Virus record (IMG/VR): IMGVR_UViG_3300030376_004823
Span: 3,917 to 67,916 of that record
Strand: one strand, 5' to 3'
DNA length: 64,000 nucleotides
Origin: a virus
Taxonomy: Duplodnaviria; Caudoviricetes
The notes under the pieces were generated by a model that made no database searches, had not been told where the DNA came from, and worked only from the letters and a program-made list of their open reading frames with translations. Made by a program: the position numbers and the translations under genes. Shown in pieces: positions 34,501-43,358 of the stretch. Within the stretch, counting starts at the first letter, position 1; every line of letters starts with the position of its first letter.

Positions 34501-37500
34501 AACAAATACGTTGTGCTTGAATGGATTGAAGAACGCCTTAACCCCATCAAAGTTCATTGCGCCAAGGTCGTCGGATAAGAACTCCCCATTTACGCTTGCC
34601 ATAGGAAACTTGTTTTCCTGGAACGTAACAATTTTTTGTCTTGCGTTCTGGTTAACAAACAGATCTGGGTTCTTGACCATTACTGCAGCAGCATACCTAA
34701 GGGCTTCCCCAGAGGCTGTCTTATCATGCATAGTCTGAACAGGAACCTTTTTGCTCTTCATGACGTTTAGGTTTAGCCTTACGCCGACCCTTTGACCTTG
34801 GTTAACAACCGCGTCCTTAGCCATGATCCTTCTGGAGGTAGCGTCAGTCATCAAGGCCTCTTCAACCATCTCTTTGTTTATGACCATGTTAGGCCTTACA
34901 GTCAGTCCTTCGATTTTATTTCTGTATCTATTGAGCCTTGAGTCTTCAGAGTTTACGGTATTGCTGTGCGGGAAATCGAGCTTAAGCTGTTCGCTTGCCA
35001 TCTCGTTGTCTTCGGTTAAGACCTCCGCGTAAGTAACGTAGGGTTTTCTAGTGTCTGAGTCATCAACACCCTCGAAGAATTCAAACCCATACTCCGTAAC
35101 TACCTCCCCTGTTTTCTGATCAAGGCTTTGACTCGTCCCGAAAATCATTTTAGCAATAGCAGCATCAGATATTTTGTCCGACGTTTGAGCGTCTGCAAAC
35201 ACAAGCTGCCCGAACTGAGCTGGAGAAATACCCATTGCGGATGCCCCCATATTTATTGCACGGGTAGCCGTTCTTCTTATCCTTTCATCACTAGCGAAGT
35301 CAGGATTCGTGAACTCCCCGCTAAGTTTCTTTAGGTTGTCCTTATACCCCTTAGTCGTTTTTTCGTCTGCAGCAACAGCCTCGGTAAGCTTATCTAGATA
35401 GCTAATTACAGTTTTTGCTTTGGCTAAAGCTCCCTCCCTGTTTACATCTATGTCAGCATCAAGAAGGGCGGTCCTAATCATAGGTCCAAGTGCTTCCCAC
35501 CCTTTTATGTTGTAGTCTTTTAATTTTCCTGATTTATTAGCGTCTTCAAGCTTGTTATATGCCTTTTTCATGCTCTTCAGCAGTTGTCTTTCTATGCTAA
35601 AGATTCTTTCAGATCTTGGAGAAAGAAGAGACATTGTTCTAAATATGTGACTGTCAACTGTAATTACGTCACTGAGTCTTGTGCCTTCTATGTTTTTAAA
35701 CCCTGGGTAAAACTCGCTGTTTAGGTTTAGTATCCAAGCACCAATCTTGTCACCGAATATTTCTTGAGACATTACCCTAGAATGCTTTCGTATTCCCTTG
35801 CCAGAGTACGGGGTCATAAGGACGGTAAGAAGAGATTGCATGTCTATGTTACCATCGGCGTCCAAAAAAGATGCGCCTTGCATTTGCTCCCTCAAAATCC
35901 TCTCTCCAGTTTTAGTCAGGTCAGAAAGTTGAATTAAACTATCTATGTCTCCAGCAAGTAGGGCCTCTACCTTTTTTAAGTTTCTTGCAATGTTGCCTCT
36001 GGATTGATACGATAGGCCCTTGACTTTACCCTTTTCAATAGCCTTTATGATGTCCGAACCAACTATTTCGTGGCCCCCTCTTCTTTTCTTGTTCTTTTCA
36101 GCCTCTTTAAGAATAGTAAGAGACTCTGATACGTTTACATTGCTTTTTATCTGCTGAGAGGTAATCCCGATAATAAGATTAGCTCTCGCTATGTTTTGAT
36201 CTGTAGATCCAGAAAGGTCTTGAGAATCAACCATTTGCTGAATCTTATCTCTAAGGGCGCCAGCGTAATTTTCAAAGAAGTCAACTGGATCCTTTCCAGA
36301 ACCGAAAATCAGTTCCCTGTCTTTCTTGCTCCCGTAAGTCCCAGCCATGAGACCTACAAGCTTTTGGCTTGGCTCCCCTTCAAGGGTGGATGCATACTGA
36401 GCAAGCATTTGTCTAGTAATAGACGCGCTACTAGGTTTTTTACCAGTAAGGCTGCCAAGCAAGGTTTTGGATAGATATCCTTCTGTAAGGAACCTAGAGA
36501 CTGTCTCAATATTATCTGAAAGAAAAAGTCCCCTTAAAGCGGAAGATTCCATCTCGTCCTTAATGCTGGACATCTCTACGCCGTTCTCTTTTGCTGATCT
36601 TTCTACAACTTCAGAGACCTTATCCATAAACATCTCTGCTTTGGCAATGTCCCTCTGTACGTAATTTGCGTTAAACCCCTTGTCTTCGTAATTCTTCAGT
36701 TTACCGTAAATCCTTCTAAGCTTAGACCTTATTCTATTGTATACTGGAGCCGTTATCGCACCGTCCTCGTAGGCTTTGTTTACTCTTTTGCCGAATTCCG
36801 CAACCCTTCCAGATGGAACAAGGGAGTCTGAGGCCATTTCGTCATCGTTAAATCTCTTGATTTTATCGACATTGATGTCGTTGCCATTCATGTCTTCAAA
36901 CCCGTAGAAGTGAAGGTCCTTACCTTCCTTTGTCACCTTTCTCCACCAGTTTATGAAATGGAATGAGTCGTTAAACGTCTTGGTTATGGTTTCGCTTCCA
37001 ATGTCTTTTTTAAATCCTAGATCGTACTTGTAGAAAGTTTTCTCCATTGTGATCTCAACCTTTCCGTCCTCGTTGGTTGGAATCCTATACGGGGAGGTCA
37101 GTTTTTTTGAGGCCATTTCCTGGTCTACCTTGGAGTCCTCCGTAAGGTTGAACTCTCCATTTTCCATCACCCTATTAAAGTTCTTGGCGATGTTAATTAG
37201 CTGCTTGGCGTCGTTAAGTGAGATTACACTAGAGTCCTTTCCGAACGCCTTCATGACCACATCGTTTACGATGGACATAAAGGAATTCATAACACTCATC
37301 TTAACTTTTGGGCCATCGCCCATCTCTCCGTCAGCTATGGCAGACATGATTTCAACAATCACCTCTTCAATAACCTTAGCCTCCTTTTGAGACTCTGTAA
37401 GGTTTTTGCTTCCCTTGTAGTTTTCTGTGTATTGATTTTCTTTTGAAGCAACCCTTTCCATAAGGGCCTTGTCTTTAGATACAAGTGCCTGTAAAGCCTT

Positions 37501-40500
37501 TCTGGTGGCCCGAATGGTCTTCATTCCAGCCTCAGATTCTGCAAGCTTTCCTACTGAATCACCAAGAAAAGCGTGGAATATCTCTTCTGATACAGTGGCT
37601 CCAAACGATTTAGTTCTTTTAAATCCTTGTTCGGCCTCATTTTCTATGTTTTGGTTTATTTGATCTATGTTAATGTGGATGACCTTAGTCCTCCTGTTAC
37701 AAAGACCACCCCATTCGCCCCGATTGTAGGCCTTAGCGGCGTCAGTATTGGTGTAGAATATGACCGAATACCCCAGTTTGTTCGCCCACTTTACAAGTCT
37801 ATTAGACCACTTAGTGTCCGTAGCAGAAAGGCCAAGGTCCTCTTTCCGCATGCTTGAGCTTCCATCCTTATTGACCCTGCCTCTAACCGCTCCTTCTGGA
37901 AGAGCTCCTTCAGGCCCGTACATGCCCTCATATTCACGCTTGGGCTCTACCTTTTCTGTTGGCTTTGCAGCCTCGGCCTCAATGTCTTCAGTTTCAAACG
38001 CCTGTGCTTCACCCCTTTCTGTGAACTCGTCTGATGTTATTTCGTTTCCATCAGCGTCTTCGTACTTCTCAGAAGGCATGAAAGAGAACGCAATCAGGTC
38101 TCCGTTCTCATCCCTTATAACGGACATGAAGTCAGGGTTATCTCCGACCTCACCAATAAATGTAGGTCCTTCCCCGTCAAACAGATTAATACTCCCGTCC
38201 CCTCTGACCAATCCGTCCTTGTGTGCGACAGTGTCCTGGCCAAACTCTTTAGCAAAAGCTGCGGCTTGCTCCCTGGTCATGCCCTCTACAAGGAAGCTGT
38301 TCTCGCCGTTTCCGTCATACCTCCCCGAAATTCTGTGGTACTTCAGACCCCTGCTTTTTAGCCAAGCCTCTGCACGTCTGTTTGCTGCAGCGTTGGACAT
38401 CTCTCCGTCAGCCTGAGCGAACGGGTTCTCAGCCGTAAGCATTGCGAAATTGTCCGAGTTTAATATCTCGTCAATAGATGTAGCCAGTAGAGTGGACTCC
38501 CCTTTAAGTATTTTAGATATAGGTAGGGCCCTTACTGCGTCAAGAAACCACTGCACAGACTTTCTGGCTTCCACTTGGGCCTCAACCCTCTGATTAACGT
38601 CAGTAGAAGTAATGCCTTGGTTAGCCCCAGTGAGGTCCGCAATCTGATTTCTTATTGCGGTGGCCTTTTCCGTTGCCGCCTCAACCGCAGAGCTTCCCTG
38701 AACTTCAGCGTCAGATATGGCGTCCTTGGCTTTCTGGTAGTCAGCAACAAGAGACGAAAGCTTTTCCCTTTTACCCTTTAGCTCTTCCAGCCTGTTTTTT
38801 GTATTGTCATGCTTTCTTTTGTTGTAGGCATCGGAATCCTTAGCCCCCTCCATTCTCTTGTCTGTCCGCTCAAGGTCTGAGATCTCTCGATCAATCTCGC
38901 TAATCGCCTTCTGACCATCCTCAGCGAAGGCTTGGTTTTCTTGTTCTTGAGTGGGGGTCTTAGCCTCCTCCCTTACTTTGGTCTCCAGAGCAAACCTCTC
39001 TCTAACCATCTCCGTCATGGTAGATCTTAGGTCAGATTTTGCTTGATTGGACAGACCTTCCTTTGTTAGCTCCGATTTTATTCTTTCTATGCTGATGTCC
39101 AGCTCCCGCATCCTTTTTGTCTCTTCGGGGTTTGTTATGGATGCGTTTCTGTAGAACCCCTTTCTGGACTCTCTAATTTTTCTGGCTTCTTTCTCTATGG
39201 ATTCTGCAGTCTCTATGAGAGACTTTTTTTGGCCGTCAGACTCAGCCGTCTTGGCTGCAGCCCTAGACCTATTGGCTCTGGCATCAAGATCAGACGCCAC
39301 CGCGCCCCTGGAGTCAGATGATGACTCTGAAAGGGCAGCAACTGAGTCATCTCTTCTCTCAGAGTCCAGATCTATAGAGGAAGCTTTGTTCTTAGATATT
39401 TTTCTGTCTACAGCTCTGTTTACTGCAGCGGAAAGAGCTGACTCGTCGTTATTAGACATAGCCAATGTGCCATCTTGAAATGCGTCAGTTACCGCGTCGT
39501 CAATCTGTTCGTTTACAGCAGTGTACCCTCTTTTTCTAAATGCGCCTACAACCCTTGATCTAATGTCTTCAAATGGAACGACTTGATTAGTAGTAACCTC
39601 ACCTAGTCTGTTTTCCATCTCAACGTCGTTGTTTATCTCCACGTTGTTTATGAGCTGACCACTATTAAGGTGGTCGATCATCTCTCTCGAAGAAACAGCT
39701 TGGCCGTTGATTTTGTATTCGGGTCTTTTGTATCCAGCAAGAGAAGCGAACTCAGGGGCAAACACGTTAAACGATCCAGCACCCGCTTCTCCTATTGCTT
39801 CTGCATAAACCTCGAATCCGTCAACATGACCATCAGTAACAAGCTGCGCTGCGGTTTCTCCGATAGCGGCACCCGTCATCTCAACACCGAGCGAGGTTGC
39901 TTTTCTTCCGACCCTAGATGCCATTCCGACTCCGCCCTTGAGAGCCGCACTCCCAGCCTTTCCAGCTATTCCCCCCGTAATTCCGTCGATAACACCAATA
40001 GTAATGCCTCTCGCAAGAGCCTTAGCCCTGACAGAAGACATGATCGACTCGTCGTTAAGTATTCTTTTTACGTTCTCTTCTGTAGCTGGTTGATCGCCAA
40101 GATTGTCAAGTATGGCTTCTGTAATTACGTTGTTCGCTTCCACAGAAGCTCCAACTCCACCCATGAACCCAGGAAAAAACCCAAGTATACCTCCAACAGC
40201 AGCTCCTGGTGCGGCTCCCACTCCAGCGCCAGCCACAGCTCCTATGCCTCCACCTGTGGCCGCTCCAGCTGCCGCAGAAACCGCAGCGCCAGCTAATCCA
40301 GACGCAATAGCAGACCTCTCTAACCCAAAGATTGCGCCAGCTTGCTGAGCAAAAGAATTTACGATAGTTTCAACGGCAGCTTGATTGCTAGAGAAAAGCT
40401 TCATTTTCTCCCAGCTGCTCATGTCCTTCATCTTCTCGTTGAGGGCACGAGCTTCATCAGACATGCCGATTCCAGACTGCCTGTCGCTAAGCATTCCCAC

Positions 40501-40980
40501 GAGCTGGTCCATGTTGGTGTCAGAAAGCTCTCCACCAAAACCAGCAACCGTAGTTTCAGTGGTCATTTGCCCCGTCTCGAATCCCTCGCTTGCAGCCCTA
40601 CGCATGTCTCCAAAAAAGTCCATGGCGTTATACATAAAGGACTGCTCATCAGCCTCTGGGTCATAGAACATGTCCTCAAGACTCATAAAGAGCTGACTTT
40701 CCCCATCAGCTTGAAGGGACGGCTCTGGCTCTGTAGGAGATGGTTCCTTCGACTCTCCAGAACTTGAAATTACACTGCTTGGATTGGTTGGGTCCTGAGC
40801 AAAAACGAATGTAGAATCTTCTTTTTTTTTATTCTCTTCAGAAGCCATGCCCAAGACCGCCCTAGCAGTGTTTGGGTTCATGTTAATTCTATAATCGTTT
40901 ACAAGGACATTATAAATAAAATTATCGTCCTTTCCAGCAGCCCTGAACTGGGCTATTATGTCGTTATACTTTTCGTCCAT
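31489..40980 (-). CDS. Giant (3163 aa) ejection / polyvalent virion protein
   Basis: Last of three cargo-position genes. Has a Gly/Ala zipper, a DUF3293-like LTAENP domain, a zincin-like EEIFH, a FGDKIG...TVDSH HhH-like domain and an LPD38-like PYVRTP.NI C-terminus. Confidence 0.75.
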   Translation of the reverse strand: MDEKYNDIIAQFRAAGKDDNFIYNVLVNDYRINMNPNTARAVLGMASEENKKKEDSTFVFAQDPTNPSSVISSSGESKEPSPTEPEPSLQADGESQLFMSLEDMFYDPEADEQSFMYNAMDFFGDMRRAASEGFETGQMTTETTVAGFGGELSDTNMDQLVGMLSDRQSGIGMSDEARALNEKMKDMSSWEKMKLFSSNQAAVETIVNSFAQQAGAIFGLERSAIASGLAGAAVSAAAGAATGGGIGAVAGAGVGAAPGAAVGGILGFFPGFMGGVGASVEANNVITEAILDNLGDQPATEENVKRILNDESIMSSVRAKALARGITIGVIDGITGGIAGKAGSAALKGGVGMASRVGRKATSLGVEMTGAAIGETAAQLVTDGHVDGFEVYAEAIGEAGAGSFNVFAPEFASLAGYKRPEYKINGQAVSSREMIDHLNSGQLINNVEINNDVEMENRLGEVTTNQVVPFEDIRSRVVGAFRKRGYTAVNEQIDDAVTDAFQDGTLAMSNNDESALSAAVNRAVDRKISKNKASSIDLDSERRDDSVAALSESSSDSRGAVASDLDARANRSRAAAKTAESDGQKKSLIETAESIEKEARKIRESRKGFYRNASITNPEETKRMRELDISIERIKSELTKEGLSNQAKSDLRSTMTEMVRERFALETKVREEAKTPTQEQENQAFAEDGQKAISEIDREISDLERTDKRMEGAKDSDAYNKRKHDNTKNRLEELKGKREKLSSLVADYQKAKDAISDAEVQGSSAVEAATEKATAIRNQIADLTGANQGITSTDVNQRVEAQVEARKSVQWFLDAVRALPISKILKGESTLLATSIDEILNSDNFAMLTAENPFAQADGEMSNAAANRRAEAWLKSRGLKYHRISGRYDGNGENSFLVEGMTREQAAAFAKEFGQDTVAHKDGLVRGDGSINLFDGEGPTFIGEVGDNPDFMSVIRDENGDLIAFSFMPSEKYEDADGNEITSDEFTERGEAQAFETEDIEAEAAKPTEKVEPKREYEGMYGPEGALPEGAVRGRVNKDGSSSMRKEDLGLSATDTKWSNRLVKWANKLGYSVIFYTNTDAAKAYNRGEWGGLCNRRTKVIHINIDQINQNIENEAEQGFKRTKSFGATVSEEIFHAFLGDSVGKLAESEAGMKTIRATRKALQALVSKDKALMERVASKENQYTENYKGSKNLTESQKEAKVIEEVIVEIMSAIADGEMGDGPKVKMSVMNSFMSIVNDVVMKAFGKDSSVISLNDAKQLINIAKNFNRVMENGEFNLTEDSKVDQEMASKKLTSPYRIPTNEDGKVEITMEKTFYKYDLGFKKDIGSETITKTFNDSFHFINWWRKVTKEGKDLHFYGFEDMNGNDINVDKIKRFNDDEMASDSLVPSGRVAEFGKRVNKAYEDGAITAPVYNRIRSKLRRIYGKLKNYEDKGFNANYVQRDIAKAEMFMDKVSEVVERSAKENGVEMSSIKDEMESSALRGLFLSDNIETVSRFLTEGYLSKTLLGSLTGKKPSSASITRQMLAQYASTLEGEPSQKLVGLMAGTYGSKKDRELIFGSGKDPVDFFENYAGALRDKIQQMVDSQDLSGSTDQNIARANLIIGITSQQIKSNVNVSESLTILKEAEKNKKRRGGHEIVGSDIIKAIEKGKVKGLSYQSRGNIARNLKKVEALLAGDIDSLIQLSDLTKTGERILREQMQGASFLDADGNIDMQSLLTVLMTPYSGKGIRKHSRVMSQEIFGDKIGAWILNLNSEFYPGFKNIEGTRLSDVITVDSHIFRTMSLLSPRSERIFSIERQLLKSMKKAYNKLEDANKSGKLKDYNIKGWEALGPMIRTALLDADIDVNREGALAKAKTVISYLDKLTEAVAADEKTTKGYKDNLKKLSGEFTNPDFASDERIRRTATRAINMGASAMGISPAQFGQLVFADAQTSDKISDAAIAKMIFGTSQSLDQKTGEVVTEYGFEFFEGVDDSDTRKPYVTYAEVLTEDNEMASEQLKLDFPHSNTVNSEDSRLNRYRNKIEGLTVRPNMVINKEMVEEALMTDATSRRIMAKDAVVNQGQRVGVRLNLNVMKSKKVPVQTMHDKTASGEALRYAAAVMVKNPDLFVNQNARQKIVTFQENKFPMASVNGEFLSDDLGAMNFDGVKAFFNPFKHNVFVDASGRAIKSASEATIVGSVVYLRGDIEYYAFDDPILDRGRMETEEQRGKRVKRGPKYDRAVSRFEAFSKRNGIEFQNRRDLEEAYDNMPIESRVALNESEVAENMLRADEMASGMLKLRRTAGRNARRFTTVKKQILENPRNYFSPQILKDLKADLKDMTDAELIHIMTGDGLGRLQERNDDLGVLASAEMISRAVARGELDAIPDIIAEAAAIGTTAGRLLRHFRELKSASPAGIEAIIKREVERRGNSLSSEQQARLQDMSGDLFRLQAEHEDLVRRAISGEDVDVELKNKTEEVKDAERRLDTFANGVIERGWGQIGTMLIQGNLLTPMSQITNVGANMINAIGKIGVDAIALPIERLINMFGIESPMKRNYSINAYMYGIRKFGSGFVEALDGIVTGQEKDVSEWRVHRGFAPFRSLASAMGKGDLPMGPDGKAPLSQRLKLLVQGTLGIPAEVMFRFLSLGDVPFRRGVEGIELYQAGVAQGLEGESLAQFIKHPTKRAQEAAAREGRKLTYQEQTGASKAAEDAVSFFERMFTKAFDWIPGADGRAMAKFLIRSNLPYVRTPANILIDTLTYVSPYIAGPRIMKNLQNGDAREAAQNFGKLVVGSMVSQTAVMLLKEGLISGAIEWDEDEEKNLAYDQFPPNSINVTGLQRFMSGGDATKQPDDRFISYTKLGVMGAIMGAIIKGADKEELKKRDYSGLDFPIHALQDSFGVGAFSSIAYMMDQSFMQGMNTLVDVISSADATDFEKNFENWFRTTFQAVSATAFPNTLSAIYRGTREYLPDTRITKDMSLGERLVERMAYTIKDRTFGLGDVPVRVNWKGEPIKQTPRGNNGIAYQLFDITKSRQGEADSVSNEIYRLYEQTEDLTKVVGTPGYAEKRKMNVPNIKKKHLAMISRMNKDYTWTKDNDFMAERVYLNTEQMNRLMAASGKERYKEVEAFMATEKYAKMDDEEKIEALNDIAGNYNSAIEISRGQFRNHTKVLLDILQEIYDNERKED

Positions 40981-40981
40981 A

Positions 40982-41007
40982 TCCTGCGGGGTGCAGGAAC
41001 AAATATA
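40982..41007 (-). promoter_or_regulatory. TATATTTG (41000-07) followed by a 6-bp hairpin abutting the giant-gene ATG
   Basis: TCCTGC/GCAGGA stem ends 1 nt before the start codon. Confidence 0.55.
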
Positions 41008-41036
41008 ACAAATAAAGGAGTCAGGATGCTTTTAGA

Positions 41037-42431
41037 TTATTCCTCACCAAAATACTCAAGCTCCTCCGACTCGTCATAATAATCATAGTCAGTCTGGGGT
41101 TGAGGAGCGTTGCTTTCAGGAGAGCCCTGCGACAAGTATGATCCAACTATGTCTTCTCCTCTAGCGTCTGTAAGCGCCTTCTGAATGTCATAAAGACTCA
41201 TGCCGAGCTCATTACGAAGATATTGATCCATCAAGTTGTAGTCTTGAGTTTCCCGAAGCAATGGTTGAACTCCAGCCTCACCTTGAACCTCAAGGTTCAT
41301 GACGAACTGTCCGTTTTCATTTATAGAGAATCCTGTGACAGATGCGTTATTTACTGCGCTTACATCTCCGTCATCGTCGGTCACCACAAAGTCACCTGCA
41401 AAACTAGTGTTTGTAATCGGAACTGTAACTCCACTAGGGACAGCAACATCAGTGGTGTTGTCAGTTGAAAGCTTTATGTTGTCTACGTTTTTCTGAAAAT
41501 CAGATCTTACTATATCCGCTGCGGAAGGGCGTGAGCCCCTTGGGGAGGTAGTGTCTTTCTTTTTTCTAAACCTTTTAGCCCCCTCCATTGCCCAAGCGTC
41601 TATTGCATCATCCATTGAGCCAGGCATATCTAAGAGCATTTCGTATGCTTTGTCCCCGTGCTTTTCTTTCAGGCCCTGAACAAGAGCTCTCTGTTCTTCG
41701 TCTTTGATGTCGGAATCTACGTACCACCTTGCTACATCGATCTTAACCCTGTCATCTACACTTGCCATAGCCTCCATGGCCTCCTTGGCTTCCCCGCTAG
41801 AATCAAGGTCTCTGGTTTTAATCTGAGAGGTAAAGTAAAACCCTGGGTCTCTGACATCGTCAAGAACCAGCTCCTCGTCAAATATGTTGGTTCTCATGAT
41901 TCTAGGGTCGTTTACGGACACCCATCCGTCTTTCCCGTTGTTCATGATAAGCCTTCCGTCATCATCAAACTTGACACTAAACATGTCAGAGTCAAGCTCT
42001 TGCATTTTATCTACATAATACTGCTCGTCATGGGCATCATGCTTACCCATGTTTATCCACTGCTCATTCTTCTTTCCTCTAGAGTAATCCAGATTGTCCT
42101 GAAGTTTAGCGTGAGTTTGAGTGTAGTATGCCTCTGCTTCTTTTATACCAAAAGCAATCTCCTCTATTCCCTTTTGATACTTGGCCCGACCTTCTTCGGT
42201 CTTCATTAGCTCGTTCTTCTGACCCTGAAGATCCATAGCGGCCTTCTCAAACGCTTTCGCGTGAGCATCCCACATATTGGCGTAGCTAACCCTTTCTGGG
42301 TCGGTGGTGTTTGCTGAAGTCTTCTGCAGGGCGTGATCAGCCAAGACCTTAGCCTCAAGCTGTTTGTTCAGCTCTCCAAGGTAATCTGTTTTTGCTGGCT
42401 TTCCTCCAAGGTCTACGGCTCCGTATATCAT
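41037..42431 (-). CDS. Putative ejection (cargo) protein
   Basis: Helical, acidic, 464 aa; lies between the tail-stabilisation gene and the giant gene. Confidence 0.55.
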   Translation of the reverse strand: MIYGAVDLGGKPAKTDYLGELNKQLEAKVLADHALQKTSANTTDPERVSYANMWDAHAKAFEKAAMDLQGQKNELMKTEEGRAKYQKGIEEIAFGIKEAEAYYTQTHAKLQDNLDYSRGKKNEQWINMGKHDAHDEQYYVDKMQELDSDMFSVKFDDDGRLIMNNGKDGWVSVNDPRIMRTNIFDEELVLDDVRDPGFYFTSQIKTRDLDSSGEAKEAMEAMASVDDRVKIDVARWYVDSDIKDEEQRALVQGLKEKHGDKAYEMLLDMPGSMDDAIDAWAMEGAKRFRKKKDTTSPRGSRPSAADIVRSDFQKNVDNIKLSTDNTTDVAVPSGVTVPITNTSFAGDFVVTDDDGDVSAVNNASVTGFSINENGQFVMNLEVQGEAGVQPLLRETQDYNLMDQYLRNELGMSLYDIQKALTDARGEDIVGSYLSQGSPESNAPQPQTDYDYYDESEELEYFGEE

Positions 42432-43345
42432 CAGGCTTCTCTGTCAAATTTGTTGAACAGCTTACGAGCGATGTCACTTTGCCTAGCAATAGCAGCAGCT
42501 TGCTCAGGATTAAGGACGTACTCGCCCCCAGTAAGTTCGCCGATCTTTGCGCCCCTTTGCATGACATCTATCGGATTTTTTCTGTGAGAGAACTCCCCAG
42601 GGGTCTTCTTTACCTTGCCACCCTTTTCGTTTCTACGAAACCCTCCAGTGGGATCTTGCTGATAGCCCAATATGCTCGAAAGGACAGCGTCGCCCTCGCC
42701 TGATTCAGCCAACTTAGCAAAGTAATCTGACGCCGTATCCGAATTCCCAAGGTCTCCAAACTCTGTCCCAGCTATATTCCCCGCAGTGACGGCCAGCTGA
42801 GAGAACAAATCCGTCCCCGCTTGAGCTTTGTCTTGACCCGCCTGAAACTTACCCTCAAGCGCACTTGCTGCTTGTTGTCTAGCCAAGCTCAAGTCAGAGC
42901 TCACGTCTCTTCTCCTTGCCGACCGAAGCATTTGCTCCTGCTGACCAACGTTTAGCATCGCCCCAGTTTTTCTTGCGTACTCGTCAGCGGCTATTTTAGC
43001 CATATTCGATGCCGCCATCTGCTGCTGAGCCCCAAGCCCTCCCAGGATTGCTCTGGCCCCACCAGCCTTTAAGGCTCCTACAGCCGTACCAGAAGACCGC
43101 AAGGCCTCCTGCCTTTGCATGTCAGAGGTAGGGTCTTGCATGGCATACTGCATATACTTACGCATAGTGGGCCCCATGCTGTAAAGACCCTCTCTTTGTT
43201 TTTCAAGCCTAGCTGAGTCAGCCTTGCCTTGATTTAACAGCTTGCCGTACTGATCCATTCGATCGTCGGCTCTCTTTCGATCACCTAAGAAGTTGACTCC
43301 AGCGCCAACCGCCTTGCCGATCATCATCATAGTAAGTGGATCCAT
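42431..43345 (-). CDS. Putative ejection (cargo) protein
   Basis: MDPLTMMMIGKAVGAG N-terminus, A/Q/G-rich helices, C-terminal KGGKV...ELTGGEYVLNP. Confidence 0.6.
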   Translation of the reverse strand: MDPLTMMMIGKAVGAGVNFLGDRKRADDRMDQYGKLLNQGKADSARLEKQREGLYSMGPTMRKYMQYAMQDPTSDMQRQEALRSSGTAVGALKAGGARAILGGLGAQQQMAASNMAKIAADEYARKTGAMLNVGQQEQMLRSARRRDVSSDLSLARQQAASALEGKFQAGQDKAQAGTDLFSQLAVTAGNIAGTEFGDLGNSDTASDYFAKLAESGEGDAVLSSILGYQQDPTGGFRRNEKGGKVKKTPGEFSHRKNPIDVMQRGAKIGELTGGEYVLNPEQAAAIARQSDIARKLFNKFDREA

Positions 43346-43349
43346 GTTA

Positions 43350-43357
43350 CAAATATA
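43350..43357 (-). promoter_or_regulatory. -7 element TATATTTG, 4 nt before ATG 43345
   Basis: TATATTTG-TAAC-ATG. Confidence 0.65.
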
Positions 43358-43358
43358 G

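Noticed and set aside
35446-35460. DADID in the giant protein as a crAss-type RNA polymerase catalytic motif (DFDID)
   Set aside because: It sits in a helical context (IRTALLDADIDVNREG) with no preceding Gly or DPBB strands. Likely chance, though structure prediction is needed to exclude it fully.
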